Positions 25,187-35,529 of a DNA stretch of 64,000 bases are shown one piece after another; position 1 is the stretch's first letter, and each line of letters starts with the position of its first letter. The stretch comes from Escherichia coli. Lineage in GTDB: Bacteria > Pseudomonadota > Gammaproteobacteria > Enterobacterales > Enterobacteriaceae. Under the pieces are notes generated by a model that saw only the letters and a program-made list of their open reading frames with translations, was not told where the DNA came from and did not search any database. Where the stretch lies: the NCBI RefSeq assembly GCF_003018115.1, contig NZ_CP027457.1, one strand, 5' to 3'. A program made the translations under genes and the position numbers.

Positions 25187-25873
25187 ATGACCGTCGAAAC
25201 GCAACTTAATCCCACACAGCCTGTCAATCAGCAGATTTATCGTATCCTTCGTCGCGACATTGTCCACTGCCTGATTGCCCCAGGCACACCGTTGTCGGAA
25301 AAAGAAGTTTCTGTTCGTTTCAATGTGTCACGCCAGCCGGTTCGTGAAGCCTTTATTAAACTGGCGGAAAACGGCCTGATTCAAATTCGTCCGCAGCGTG
25401 GCAGCTACGTCAACAAAATTTCCATGGCCCAGGTGCGCAATGGCAGTTTTATCCGTCAGGCCATTGAGTGCGCGGTGGCGCGTCGGGCGGCGAGCATGAT
25501 TACCGAAAGCCAGTGCTACCAACTGGAACAAAATCTTCACCAGCAACGCATTGCCATTGAGCGCAAGCAACTGGATGATTTTTTTGAACTTGATGACAAC
25601 TTCCATCAACTCCTGACGCAGATTGCCGACTGTCAACTGGCGTGGGATACCATTGAGAACCTGAAAGCGACCGTTGATCGCGTGCGCTATATGAGTTTCG
25701 ACCACGTTTCTCCACCAGAAATGCTGTTACGCCAGCATCTTGATATTTTCTCTGCCCTGCAAAAACGTGATGGCGATGCGGTAGAACGTGCAATGACGCA
25801 ACATTTGCAGGAAATCAGCGAATCCGTGCGCCAGATCCGCCAGGAAAATAGCGACTGGTTTAGCGAAGAGTAA
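25187..25873 (+). CDS. rspR: GntR/FadR-family transcriptional regulator RspR (YdfH)
   Basis: 228-aa ORF with N-terminal GntR HTH and FCD-like C-terminal domain. Confidence 0.85.
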
Positions 25874-26049
25874 TTCATTTCCTCTCATCCCATCCGGGGT
25901 GAGAGTCTTTTCCCCCGCCTTATGGCTCATGCATGCATCAAAAAAGATGTGAGCTTGATCAAAAACAAAAAATATTTCACTCGACAGGAGTATTTATATT
26001 GCGCCCGTTACGTGGGCTTCGACTGTAAATCAGAAAGGAGAAAACACCT

Positions 26050-26253
26050 ATGACGACCTACGATCGTAACCGTAACGCAATCACCACTGGCAGCCGTGTT
26101 ATGGTTAGCGGCACCGGTCACACTGGCAAGATCCTGTCGATTGATACTGAAGGTCTGACCGCTGAGCAAATCCGCCGCGGAAAAACCGTAGTTGTTGAAG
26201 GTTGTGAAGAGAAACTGGCACCTCTGGACCTGATTCGTCTCGGCATGAACTAA
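26050..26253 (+). CDS. ydfZ: Small protein YdfZ
   Basis: 67-aa [32 protein letters not shown]...; GGAG RBS. Confidence 0.85.
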
Positions 26254-26288
26254 GCGTGTGAATGCCGCCGATGGCGGCATTGCTTTTT

Positions 26289-27749
26289 TTACTTCACGGA
26301 ATATTTCGCCACGGTCGCTTTCGCGCCATGCGCTAATAAAGACAAGTACGCTTCCGTCACTTTTGCAGTAAACAAACTATTGTCTGGCAAATCATCACCA
26401 AAGATCGCCTTAATCGCCAGCAATGACTGGACGCGCGCTTTCCCTTCAGCACTACTTTGTACAGCCTTCTGAATAACAGGTAACAGTGGGTCACTGATTT
26501 CAATCGGATTTCCCTGTTCATCAACACCACCGACATAACGCATCCAACCCGCGACGCCCAGCGCCAGCAGATCGAACTTGCTGTCATGCGCCAGATGCCA
26601 GCGAACAGAATCCAACATCCGCTGTGGCAATTTCTGGCTGCCATCCATCGCAATCTGCCAGGTTCGATGACGTAACGCCGGGTTGCTATAGCGTGCAATT
26701 AATCGGTTAGCGTAATCTTGCAAATCAACGCCCTGCACTTTCAGCGTCGGCGCTTGTTCCTGCAACATCAAGCCATACGCCGCATGACGATAATGTTCAT
26801 CTTCCATACAGTCATTAATGTGCTGATATCCGGCAAGATAACCCAGATACGCCAGGAATGAATGACTGCCGTTGAGCATGCGCAACTTCATCTCTTCATA
26901 AGGCAGTACATCGCTAACCAGTTCTGCTCCCGCTTTTTCCCATTCCGGACGTCCGGCTACAAAGTTATCTTCGATAACCCACTGGCGGAAAGGTTCACAG
27001 GCAACGCCAGCAGGATCGCGCACACCGGTAAGTTGTTCGATTTTCGCCAGCGTATCCTCTGTCACTGCGGGCACAATACGGTCCACCATTGTTGATGGGA
27101 AAGTCACGTTATCTTCGATCCATTGTGCCAGTTTTACATCAACGGCTTGCGCGTAGGAAGTGACAACGTCACGCATAACATGACCGTTTTCTGGCATGTT
27201 GTCACATGACATGACGGTAAATGCGGGAAGTCCTGCCGCTTTACGGCGAGCCAGCGCCTCAACAATCACCCCTGTTGCTGTTTTCGGCTGGTGGGGATTT
27301 TGCACGTCGGTAACGACCATCGGGTGATCGAGCATTAACTGTCCGGTCGCCGGAGAGTGTAAATACCCTTTTTCGGTGATTGTCAGAGAGACAATCGCGA
27401 TTTGCGGTTCACACATCGCAGCCAACACGGTTTCTAAGCCATCTATCTGTACGTGCAAGGCTTTTTTAACGACGCCAACGACGCGAGCCGTCCACGCATC
27501 GGCCGACATTTCCGCAACGGTATAAAGATTATCTTGCTGTTGTAAATCGGCAATTTGCTGTTCGCCGCCGATTAAGTTGACCTCATAATATCCCCAGTCA
27601 CTGAAATGTTCTGTAGCAAGAATATCGGCATACACGCCCTGATGCGCACGGTGAAATGCACCAAAGCCTAAATGAACAATTCTTGGGGCCAGGTTATTAC
27701 GATCATAAACAGGGAGTGTCGCTTTTGCTGATAACAAATTATTTCCCAT
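26289..27749 (-). CDS. ydfI: Mannitol dehydrogenase-family oxidoreductase YdfI
   Basis: 486-aa ORF with long-chain mannitol dehydrogenase family features (N-terminal Rossmann GFGAFHRAH). Confidence 0.85.
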   Translation of the reverse strand: MGNNLLSAKATLPVYDRNNLAPRIVHLGFGAFHRAHQGVYADILATEHFSDWGYYEVNLIGGEQQIADLQQQDNLYTVAEMSADAWTARVVGVVKKALHVQIDGLETVLAAMCEPQIAIVSLTITEKGYLHSPATGQLMLDHPMVVTDVQNPHQPKTATGVIVEALARRKAAGLPAFTVMSCDNMPENGHVMRDVVTSYAQAVDVKLAQWIEDNVTFPSTMVDRIVPAVTEDTLAKIEQLTGVRDPAGVACEPFRQWVIEDNFVAGRPEWEKAGAELVSDVLPYEEMKLRMLNGSHSFLAYLGYLAGYQHINDCMEDEHYRHAAYGLMLQEQAPTLKVQGVDLQDYANRLIARYSNPALRHRTWQIAMDGSQKLPQRMLDSVRWHLAHDSKFDLLALGVAGWMRYVGGVDEQGNPIEISDPLLPVIQKAVQSSAEGKARVQSLLAIKAIFGDDLPDNSLFTAKVTEAYLSLLAHGAKATVAKYSVK

Positions 27750-27838
27750 AACTATTCCTTAAATATAAATATGGCAAGCTACATGTTTTGTTATATGAAT
27801 AAAAAATCCCCTCTCCGGTAAGAGAAGGGATTGAGGAT

Positions 27839-29122
27839 TTACAGACTTCTGGAAGGTTGCGCAGCTCTTACAACACGCGGTTGATCTTCCGCAGCGTCTT
27901 CCAGCGCACTTAAATCACGGTCTTTCACTTCTGGCATTTTCAGTGCAGAGATTAAACCAATCACTGAATATGCCATGATCATAATGGCGATTGGATACCA
28001 GGATTCCGTCATGGTGCAGAAAATACCTGCCAGGATAGGACCAAAACCGGAAGCGATAAGACCACCAATTTCTTTTGAAATAGCCATCCGGGTAAAGCGG
28101 TTTTTACAGCCGAACATTTCTGCCATGGTAATGTTTTCCAGAGCAAATAATCCCAGCACCGCACAGTTATGAATCACAATCAGTGCAACCATAATGGTGC
28201 TCGGGGCATAGCTTTTATCTACGATGATAGAAAGCATTGGCCACGCCAGCACAATCGCGGAGGTATTCATAATAATATACGGGATCCGGCGACCAATTTT
28301 ATCGGATAACCAACCAAGCAACGGAATGGTCATAAAGCCGAGAATCGAACTGATCATCAATGCATCTGTTGGAATTGCTTTGTTAAACAATAACGTCTGT
28401 ACTAAATAGCCTGCAAGGAAAGTCTGAATTAAACCGGAGTTACCCGCCTGACCAAAACGCAGCCCTGTTGCCAGCCAGAAGGATTTGCTCTGGAACATGC
28501 TACCAGCAGGTGCAGGTTTTGCTGTCGGTTGGTTGCTGTCATTAACCTTCTCAAAGACCGGGCTTTCTTTCAGATTCATACGCAACCAGATAGCAAAGAC
28601 CATCACGACAACGCTCGCCAGGAACGGTATACGCCATCCCCACGCCAGCAGTTCCTCTTTACTGAGAATGAAGAACATAAAGGCCCAGATTGCCGTTGCG
28701 CTTAAGGTTCCGCAGTTAGTTCCCATAGCCACAAATGAGGAGATAATTCCGCGCTTACCTTTTGGCGCATATTCCGCCAGCATCGTACCGGCACCGGAAA
28801 TTTCCGCACCTGCACCCAACCCCTGAATAATACGCAGCGTCACCAGCAAGATGGGGGCAAAAACACCAATCTGTGCATAGGTCGGTAACACACCAATTAA
28901 GGTGGTACAGATCCCCATCATGGTGATGGTAATAAAGAGCACTTTTTTACGCCCTATTCTGTCGCCCATTTTGCCGAAAATAAATGCTCCGACAATACGC
29001 GCCACATAACCTGCACCGTAGGTTCCCATTGCCAAAATTAACGCCATTGCCGTTGATGATTCAGGAAAAAATATTTCATGAAACACTAACGCTGCGCCGA
29101 GCGAATATAACTGGAAATCCAT
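27839..29122 (-). pseudogene. ydfJ: ydfJ MFS (metabolite:H+ symporter family) gene, 5'-truncated at the prophage junction
   Basis: Translation starts already inside the conserved TM1 region (DFQLYSLGAALVFHEIFFP... aligns to about residue 35 of ProP/ShiA-type transporters); sequence right of 29122 is AT-rich and unrelated. Confidence 0.8.
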
Positions 29123-29726
29123 AATTCACAGGTGTTTTTTCCCATCCTGTGGTTTCCTTGGCGTTTTCTAGGTTTTTTCAGATAGTTGCATTTTTTTAAA
29201 AAGCATCCTAAGTTCGATCTCAGTGTCTATCTGGGGCCTATTTCTGTCCCATATATGCCCCAAAAAAACTCCCCAACAGATAAGTAGTTTTTTCATGGAT
29301 TTATGCGTAAAATCAAGAACGGCTGGAAATCATTCAATACTCACACTATCGAAAAATTTACCAGCCAATCGCAGCACGTTCTTGCATAAGGCGTGTCTGC
29401 GGTTTTTCAACTATTCAGATACATCACTCCCATCACATTCATTCCTCCGCATCAAAGGCATATAGGCTATATCACCTTGATATTTTTCTTTTTCAGATAA
29501 AAACTGTTATCTATGTATACTTTTAAACCCAATCCGTGTAGAGTCTCTGCATAAGATAGTTTGCAGTTGCCGCTTCAGCTTGCGCCATAAACCGCCTGAT
29601 TTTTGCTGCCACCTGTTAGCATTCCTGTATACCTGAAACGACAATGTTTATCTACGAACTTTAAGAACACCCAAGATAAAAATTGTCAACTATATCATAT
29701 ATAACACATTACTAATTCGAGGCTAT

Positions 29727-29840
29727 ATGAACAGCATACTGATAATCACATCTCTCCTTATCATATTCAGCATTTTTAGTCATGCCCTAATAAAATTAGG
29801 GATTGGCATATCCAATAACCCAGACAAAACCGATGTATAA
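29727..29840 (+). CDS. Candidate 37-aa small hydrophobic protein upstream of ydfK
   Basis: ATG with GAGG RBS; translation [37 protein letters not shown] has one predicted TM helix. No homology evidence. Confidence 0.3.
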
Positions 29841-29908
29841 GTCAACATATCCTGAATCAGACATACAATATCGCAATGAAAATCAATAATATTTTAAGGA
29901 ATATCTTC

Positions 29909-30142
29909 ATGAAATCAAAAGACACCCTAAAGTGGTTCCCTGCGCAGCTTCCTGAAGTAAGAATTATCCTAGGGGATGCTGTAGTGGAAGTAGCAAAACA
30001 GGGAAGACCTATCAATACCAGAACATTGCTTGATTACATTGAAGGAAACATAAAGAAAAAATCATGGCTGGATAACAAAGAATTATTACAAACAGCGATA
30101 TCAGTTCTTAAAGACAACCAAAATTTAAATGGTAAAATGTAA
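29909..30142 (+). CDS. ydfK: Qin prophage small protein YdfK (YnaE paralogue)
   Basis: MKSKDTLKWFPAQLPEVRIILGDAVVEVAKQGRP...; 77 aa from internal ATG of the 88-aa ORF. Confidence 0.8.
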   Translation: MKSKDTLKWFPAQLPEVRIILGDAVVEVAKQGRPINTRTLLDYIEGNIKKKSWLDNKELLQTAISVLKDNQNLNGKM

Positions 30143-30458
30143 TATAATAAACTTACTTTTTTATCATTTTTCCACTTTAACAACATTTTGCTCCACTTTT
30201 CCACGACCAAACAACTTGAAATCTGGTTAAAATAACACGCAACACTATTCTTCTTCCTTGAGTCCGCCCGGAACTCGAAAAACAAACCGAGTTAAAGCCA
30301 TTTTTCACAAAATCGATTTTGGGTCTCACCAAAATTACGGGGTTGCATACGCATTCGTTTATTTTCGAACGTGTACATACAAATATGCACAAAAATAATC
30401 ATAATTATTTTCTGAGATGCATTATGATATGAACACCAATTTCGTATAGAGTCTCACT

Positions 30459-31049
30459 ATGTCTCAAATTTTTGCTTACTGTCGGATATCAACGCTGGAT
30501 CAGACCACCGAAAATCAACGCCGGGAAATCGAAAGTGCAGGTTTTAAAATCAAACCTCAGCAAATAATCGAAGAACACATTAGCGGCTCAGCAGCAACCA
30601 GTGAGCGTCCTGGTTTTAACCGGTTGCTTGCTCGCCTGAAATGTGGTGATCAATTGATTGTGACAAAACTGGATCGCCTTGGTTGTAATGCAATGGATAT
30701 CAGGAAAACAGTGGAACAACTGACCGAAACAGGTATCAGAGTGCATTGCTTAGCATTGGGGGGCATTGACCTGACCAGTCCAACAGGAAAAATGATGATG
30801 CAAGTAATTTCAGCAGTCGCTGAATTTGAACGAGACCTTTTACTTGAACGCACTCATTCCGGGATAGTAAGAGCCCGCGGCGCAGGGAAACGTTTTGGTC
30901 GACCACCTGTGTTAAATGAAGAACAGAAACAGGCGGTATTCGAACGAATTAAGTCAGGTGTAAGTATAAGTGCCATTGCCCGGGAATTCAAAACCTCGCG
31001 GCAAACCATTTTAAGAGCCAAAGCAAAACTTCAGACACCTGACATATAA
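30459..31049 (+). CDS. pinQ: Serine-recombinase DNA invertase (Pin/Gin/Hin family)
   Basis: 196-aa ORF with N-terminal resolvase catalytic domain (YCRISTLDQ, active-site Ser) and C-terminal HTH. Confidence 0.9.
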   Translation: MSQIFAYCRISTLDQTTENQRREIESAGFKIKPQQIIEEHISGSAATSERPGFNRLLARLKCGDQLIVTKLDRLGCNAMDIRKTVEQLTETGIRVHCLALGGIDLTSPTGKMMMQVISAVAEFERDLLLERTHSGIVRARGAGKRFGRPPVLNEEQKQAVFERIKSGVSISAIAREFKTSRQTILRAKAKLQTPDI

Positions 31050-31146
31050 AAAATAATCTCGGTGTGAGATGCTTTACGTCTTCCAAGCCCCCTTCCTTGC
31101 CGTAAATGGAAAGATACATCTAATTATAGAATTTATATGTTTTACC

Positions 31147-31722
31147 CTACGGCAGTGCTGGCCATTCAATATCCTGTGCAGTTGACGTATCAACACGGTT
31201 CAGCAATACCCGATACTTTTTCCATGCTTCCAGCAACGAGATTTCTTCCTCCGTTGCAATTTCCAGATCTGCAGCATCCTGAAGCGGCGCAATATGCTCA
31301 CTGGCTACCTGCATCAGGTTGTTTTTTGTTTCTTCCGCCTCCCGGATCCGGAACAGTTTTTCTGCTTCCGTATCCTTCACCCAGGCTGTGCCGTTCCACT
31401 TCTGAAACTCCCCTTCCGGCGATAACCAGGTAACATTTTCCGGTAACGGACCGAGTTCAGAAATAAATAACGCGTCGCCGGAAGCCACGTCATAAACCGT
31501 TTTACCCCGATGATCTTCAACGAGATGCCACGATGACTCATCACTGTTGAAAACAGCCACGAAGCCAGCCGGAATATCTGGCGGTGCAATATCGGTACTG
31601 TTTGCTGGCAGACCTGTATGAGGCGGAATATATGCATCACCTTCACCAATAAATTCATTAGTTCCGGCCAGCAGATTATAAATTTTTATGGTCCGTGGTT
31701 GTTCACTCATTCTGAATGCCAT
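31147..31722 (-). CDS. tfaQ: Tail fibre assembly protein
   Basis: 191-aa [37 protein letters not shown]...; start overlaps stf stop. Confidence 0.9.
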
Positions 31723-34700
31723 TATGCAAGCCTCACAATATAGTTAAATGCGATGTTTTTGACGGTGTTTTCCGCGTTACCAGCAGCGTTAACGGTGATG
31801 GTGTGTCCATGTGAACCAATCGCAACGGAGTGCGTATGAGCACCAATACCGACAGTATGTGCATGTGCGCCTGCGCTTGCAGCAGTGCCGGACAGCGAGT
31901 GGGTATGAGCACCATCTGATGATGTCTTCCCTGCATTACGAGTCTGGCCACTACCGCTTGTTGTGCTCATAATCCCCGCGCTTAGATTTGAAATCGCGGT
32001 ATAACCATTAGGGAAAATGCTCGTGTTCGTGCCACCAAATGCACCGGAACTCTTGTGTTGGTGCGCACCGGCACTATTTGCGGTCCCGCTAATACTATGG
32101 GTATGCGCCCCGGTGTTATTCGTGGATTTGGTTCCGTAATCAAACGACGATGTGGTTTTCGTCCCCAAATCCGTACTGGATGCGCTGGCGCTGTGGGTGT
32201 GCGATTTAATGCCGTCCTGTTCCTGAGATAATACGGCCCGACCACTGGCGGGCTTGCCCTTAATCGTCCAGCCACGCATATCAGGGATCACGCCTGACGG
32301 ATAAGCAACTGCAAGTTTCGGGTATGCAGATTTGTCAAAAGTCTGCCCCTGCATCAGGGCATAACCAGACGGAACGGTATCTGATGGCCACGGGATTGGT
32401 GCACCGACTGGATAAAACTCTGCAGGAGGATGAGCCGAGGTGTAAAGCTGCGCCCACGGCGACCAGTTTGCGTCGGTCGTATCCCGTCGTGAACGAATAA
32501 ATGCCGGAGCATGAGCACCGCTTGTACCACTCCAGCCGATGAGTAACTCACCTTCGCCAACGGCTGTCATCCCTTTCAGGTGAATGATATTTCCATACGC
32601 TGTTGGATATCCGTTGTTATACACCTCGTATAACTCAAGACCTGCTGCCCCCTGCGTATTGTCTGTCAGCGCGGTTACCCGACCTTTTGAAGCCAGATTA
32701 ACTGATGATACTGCTGTTCCACCTGACGGTAACGCCCCGATCTCTGATGCCGTTGGCTTATTTCTGGAGTTATAGTCCCTTCGCCAGCCAGGTGAATAAT
32801 CTGTTCCGTGATTAATATAGGTAAACTGGGCGTTAGTTGTTCCACCACCAGTGGAGGTGGTCGGTGTGGTAATGCGGATCGTCATCGCTGACTTTATCCC
32901 CATTACTTCAATGACAGCTCCGGCGAGATGAATATTACCGCAGTCAGTATCAGTAATGATTTTATTATTGCCATAAGACCAGGAACCCTTGCACATCCAG
33001 TATGGATGGTTAAATGCTCCCTGAGAATCCAGCCACTCGATAAACTGTGCAGTCGTCCAGTTTCCTGTTGTTGTGCTTACTGACCCACCGAAGGCACGGC
33101 AGGCACCAATATTTTTCGTAAAGGTATCTTTGCCAGGGATATCCGCACCGTTCTGATCTTTCTGCAGACGTTTCTCAGCATTGTCATTGGCTGCTTTTAC
33201 TGCCTTTGGTGTCGCGGCAAGCGTTTCAGACGTGCTGTTGGTCGCGCTGCTTAGCTGGATTATCCCTTTCTGTGCTGTCGTTGCATCCTGTGCGGTGTAT
33301 TTCCCGTTAGCCAGGTCATACGCGGCCTTAACGGCTTTTGGTGTTGCCGCCAGTGACTCGGAAGTGCTGTTAGTCGCACTACTGAGCTGTACTATCCCCT
33401 TTTTCGTCGTGCTCGCATCCTCAAGCGCCACGGCGGATGCAATATCCTCTGCCCGTTTTGCTGCTGTCTCGGCGCGCGTTGCTGCGGATTCTGCCGTACT
33501 TTTGCTCTGAGCTGCCGCCGTCGCACTGCCAGCAGCCTCTGTCGCCTTCGTGGATGCCGTCGTGGCGCTGCTCTTCGCTGCTGACGCTTGTCTGGTCGCC
33601 TCATCTTTTGAAGCAGACGCCGATGATGCCGATGACGCCGCCGAACTGGCTGACGATGCGGCAGCCGTTTTTGAGGATTCTGCGCTGGTTTCCGACGCTT
33701 TCGCGTTCGTTTCGGATGTCTTCGCTGCGGAAGCAGACCTCGCTGCTGCGCTGGCCTGTTCAGTGGCTTCGCCAGCCTTCGTTGTGGCTGTTGAAGCAGA
33801 CGATGCGGCGCTTTCTGCCGATTTTCCGGCGGCGGTGGCACTGGCTGAGGCCTGCCCGGCACTTGTTGACGCTGCACTGGCAGACGACGCAGCCGCTGTT
33901 TTTGAGCCTGCCGCAGCCGAGGCGCTCTGTCCCGCTGCCGTTTCAGAAGACCTGGCGTTCGTCTCTGACGTTTTTGCCGCCTTCGCGGAATTTCCTGCCG
34001 CTGTTGCCGAGGAAGCTGCGCTACTGGCGCTCGAGGATGCGTTCGTTTCTGATGATTTTGCCGCCTCTTTTGAAGCCGACGCATCCCGGGCTGAGGTGGC
34101 AGCTTCTGACGCTTTCGTGGTCGCGGTGGATGCAGAAGTGGCTGCTGATTGTTGTGACGCTGCAGCATTCGTTTCTGACGTTTTCGCGGCACTGGCACTG
34201 GTAGCTGCCGCGCTTTTTGAGGACTCTGCAGCGGCAGCACTTTTTGATGCTTCAGTGGCCTTTGTTGATGCCGTTCCTGCGCTGGAAGACGCTGACTGAG
34301 CCGACGAAGCGGCCTGTCCGGCTGACGTGCTGGCTGCGCGTGCTGAGCCTGCAGCATCAGTCGCATGGGTTGCCGCCTCACGGGCAGATGTGCCGGCATC
34401 GCCGGCTGACTTCTTCGCGGCTGCCGTGTTCTGTGCCACCGCGGACGCGTTACGCGCCACCTCTTCCACCATCAGTTCAAAACGGCGCAGAGCCTCCGGA
34501 CGGGCATCATCCTCCGTCATGGCACCGAGAAAATCATTCAGCGTACCGGGTCGGGAATCTTCATACACGGTGATGGTCCCGGCATGTGACGGCGGGAATC
34601 CTTCCACCAACAGAATAACGCTGTACTGACCGTACTCAACGTCCATGCTGTAACGCCCGGCTTCATCCGGATTTTCTGAGGCCAGCGTGTTCACCACCAC

Positions 34701-34796
34701 CGCGGTGCTGTTACGTTTTGCTTTCAGCTGGATTGTGCAGTTCTGTACCGGTTTTCCTGTGCCGTCTTTCAGTACACCTGAAATCTTTACTGCCAT
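31722..34796 (-). CDS. stf: Side tail fibre protein, lambda Stf-like, full length (about 1024 aa)
   Basis: N-terminus [26 protein letters not shown]... and C-terminus ...[24 protein letters not shown] match my recollection of lambda Stf; track start is a GTG two codons upstream of the ATG. Long Ala/Ser/Thr-rich central repeats; His-x-His motifs near C-terminus. Confidence 0.9.
33180..34330. repeat. Low-complexity Ala/Ser/Thr-rich coding repeats inside stf (GC-rich, open in several frames)
   Basis: Reiterated ...SAA(S/T)SA.../KTSETNA units and duplicated [15 protein letters not shown](S/T)[11 protein letters not shown] block; generates spurious ORFs on both strands. Confidence 0.8.
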
Positions 34797-34805
34797 ATTC
34801 ACCCC

Positions 34806-34833
34806 ACAAAAAAGCCCGCCTGAACAGGCGGGC
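34806..34833 (-). terminator. Rho-independent terminator downstream of lom
   Basis: Hairpin GCCCGCC-TGTTCA-GGCGGGC followed by a T-run on the minus strand. Confidence 0.6.
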
Positions 34834-34860
34834 TGTCATAACACTGTGTTACCTGGCTAA

Positions 34861-35460
34861 TCAGAACTTATAACCGACACCCACGATGAAACCGTCAGTG
34901 CGCCAGTCGCCACTGCCGGAGCCTTCATAAGCAATATCAATGGCCACGGATTCGGTCGGGTTAAACTGCACGCCAGCTCCCCACGCCAGAGACGTGTTGC
35001 TGTGGCGACCGTCATCACTTCCGGTCAGCACGTCGTGCGTTTTCCCCTTGTTGTCAGTTACGCGGAGATAATCCCCGGAGAAAGTCGACACACGGCTGTA
35101 AGCCATACCCGCCATCGCATACGCGCTGAACCATTCATTCACGCGCACAGACGGCCCCACCATCACGCTGAACCAGCGGTTACGCACGGAATCTTCATGC
35201 CAGCGGGTATCGCTGTAACGGGTAAGCTGGCGATTCTTGTCTCCTGCATAGCTGAATGACGTCACCAGCCCCAGTGTGTCCGTAAACTCATAACGGTATT
35301 TCACGTTAATCCCGTTAAGATCATCGCTGCCGGGAACGTTCGTCGAGGCATGAAGATACCCCGCGCTCAGCGTGGACTGATGTTCAGATGCCCATGCAGG
35401 CGCACCGGATACGGCCAGACAAATGGCTGCGGACAAAATGGCGGCATAAAGTTTACGCAT
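34861..35460 (-). CDS. lom: Lom/Ail-family outer-membrane beta-barrel protein
   Basis: 199-aa ORF with signal peptide and C-terminal ...[15 protein letters not shown] as in lambda Lom. Confidence 0.9.
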
Positions 35461-35484
35461 AATTACCTCTCGCTTTTCTGCAAT

Positions 35485-35508
35485 AAAAAAGGCACCATTT
35501 CTGGTGCC
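35485..35508 (-). terminator. Rho-independent terminator downstream of J
   Basis: Hairpin GGCACCA-GAAA-TGGTGCC followed by a T-run on the minus strand. Confidence 0.55.
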
Positions 35509-35529
35509 CTTATATGGGTTATAACAATT

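Noticed and set aside
25880-26049. Possible FNR-type site (TTGAT-N4-AACAA) upstream of ydfZ
   Set aside because: Second half-site matches poorly; cannot be supported from sequence alone.
30300-30330. Possible gix-like recombination core (AAACCGAG) between ydfK and pinQ
   Set aside because: Only one degenerate half-site; no inverted partner found near tfaQ/stf, so insufficient to call an invertible segment.
33392-34399. 335-aa Arg/Gln/Pro-rich minus-strand ORF and overlapping plus-strand ORFs (33437-34204, 33550-34299) inside stf
   Set aside because: Alternative frames of the stf low-complexity repeat tract; the in-frame stf reading matches lambda Stf at both ends.
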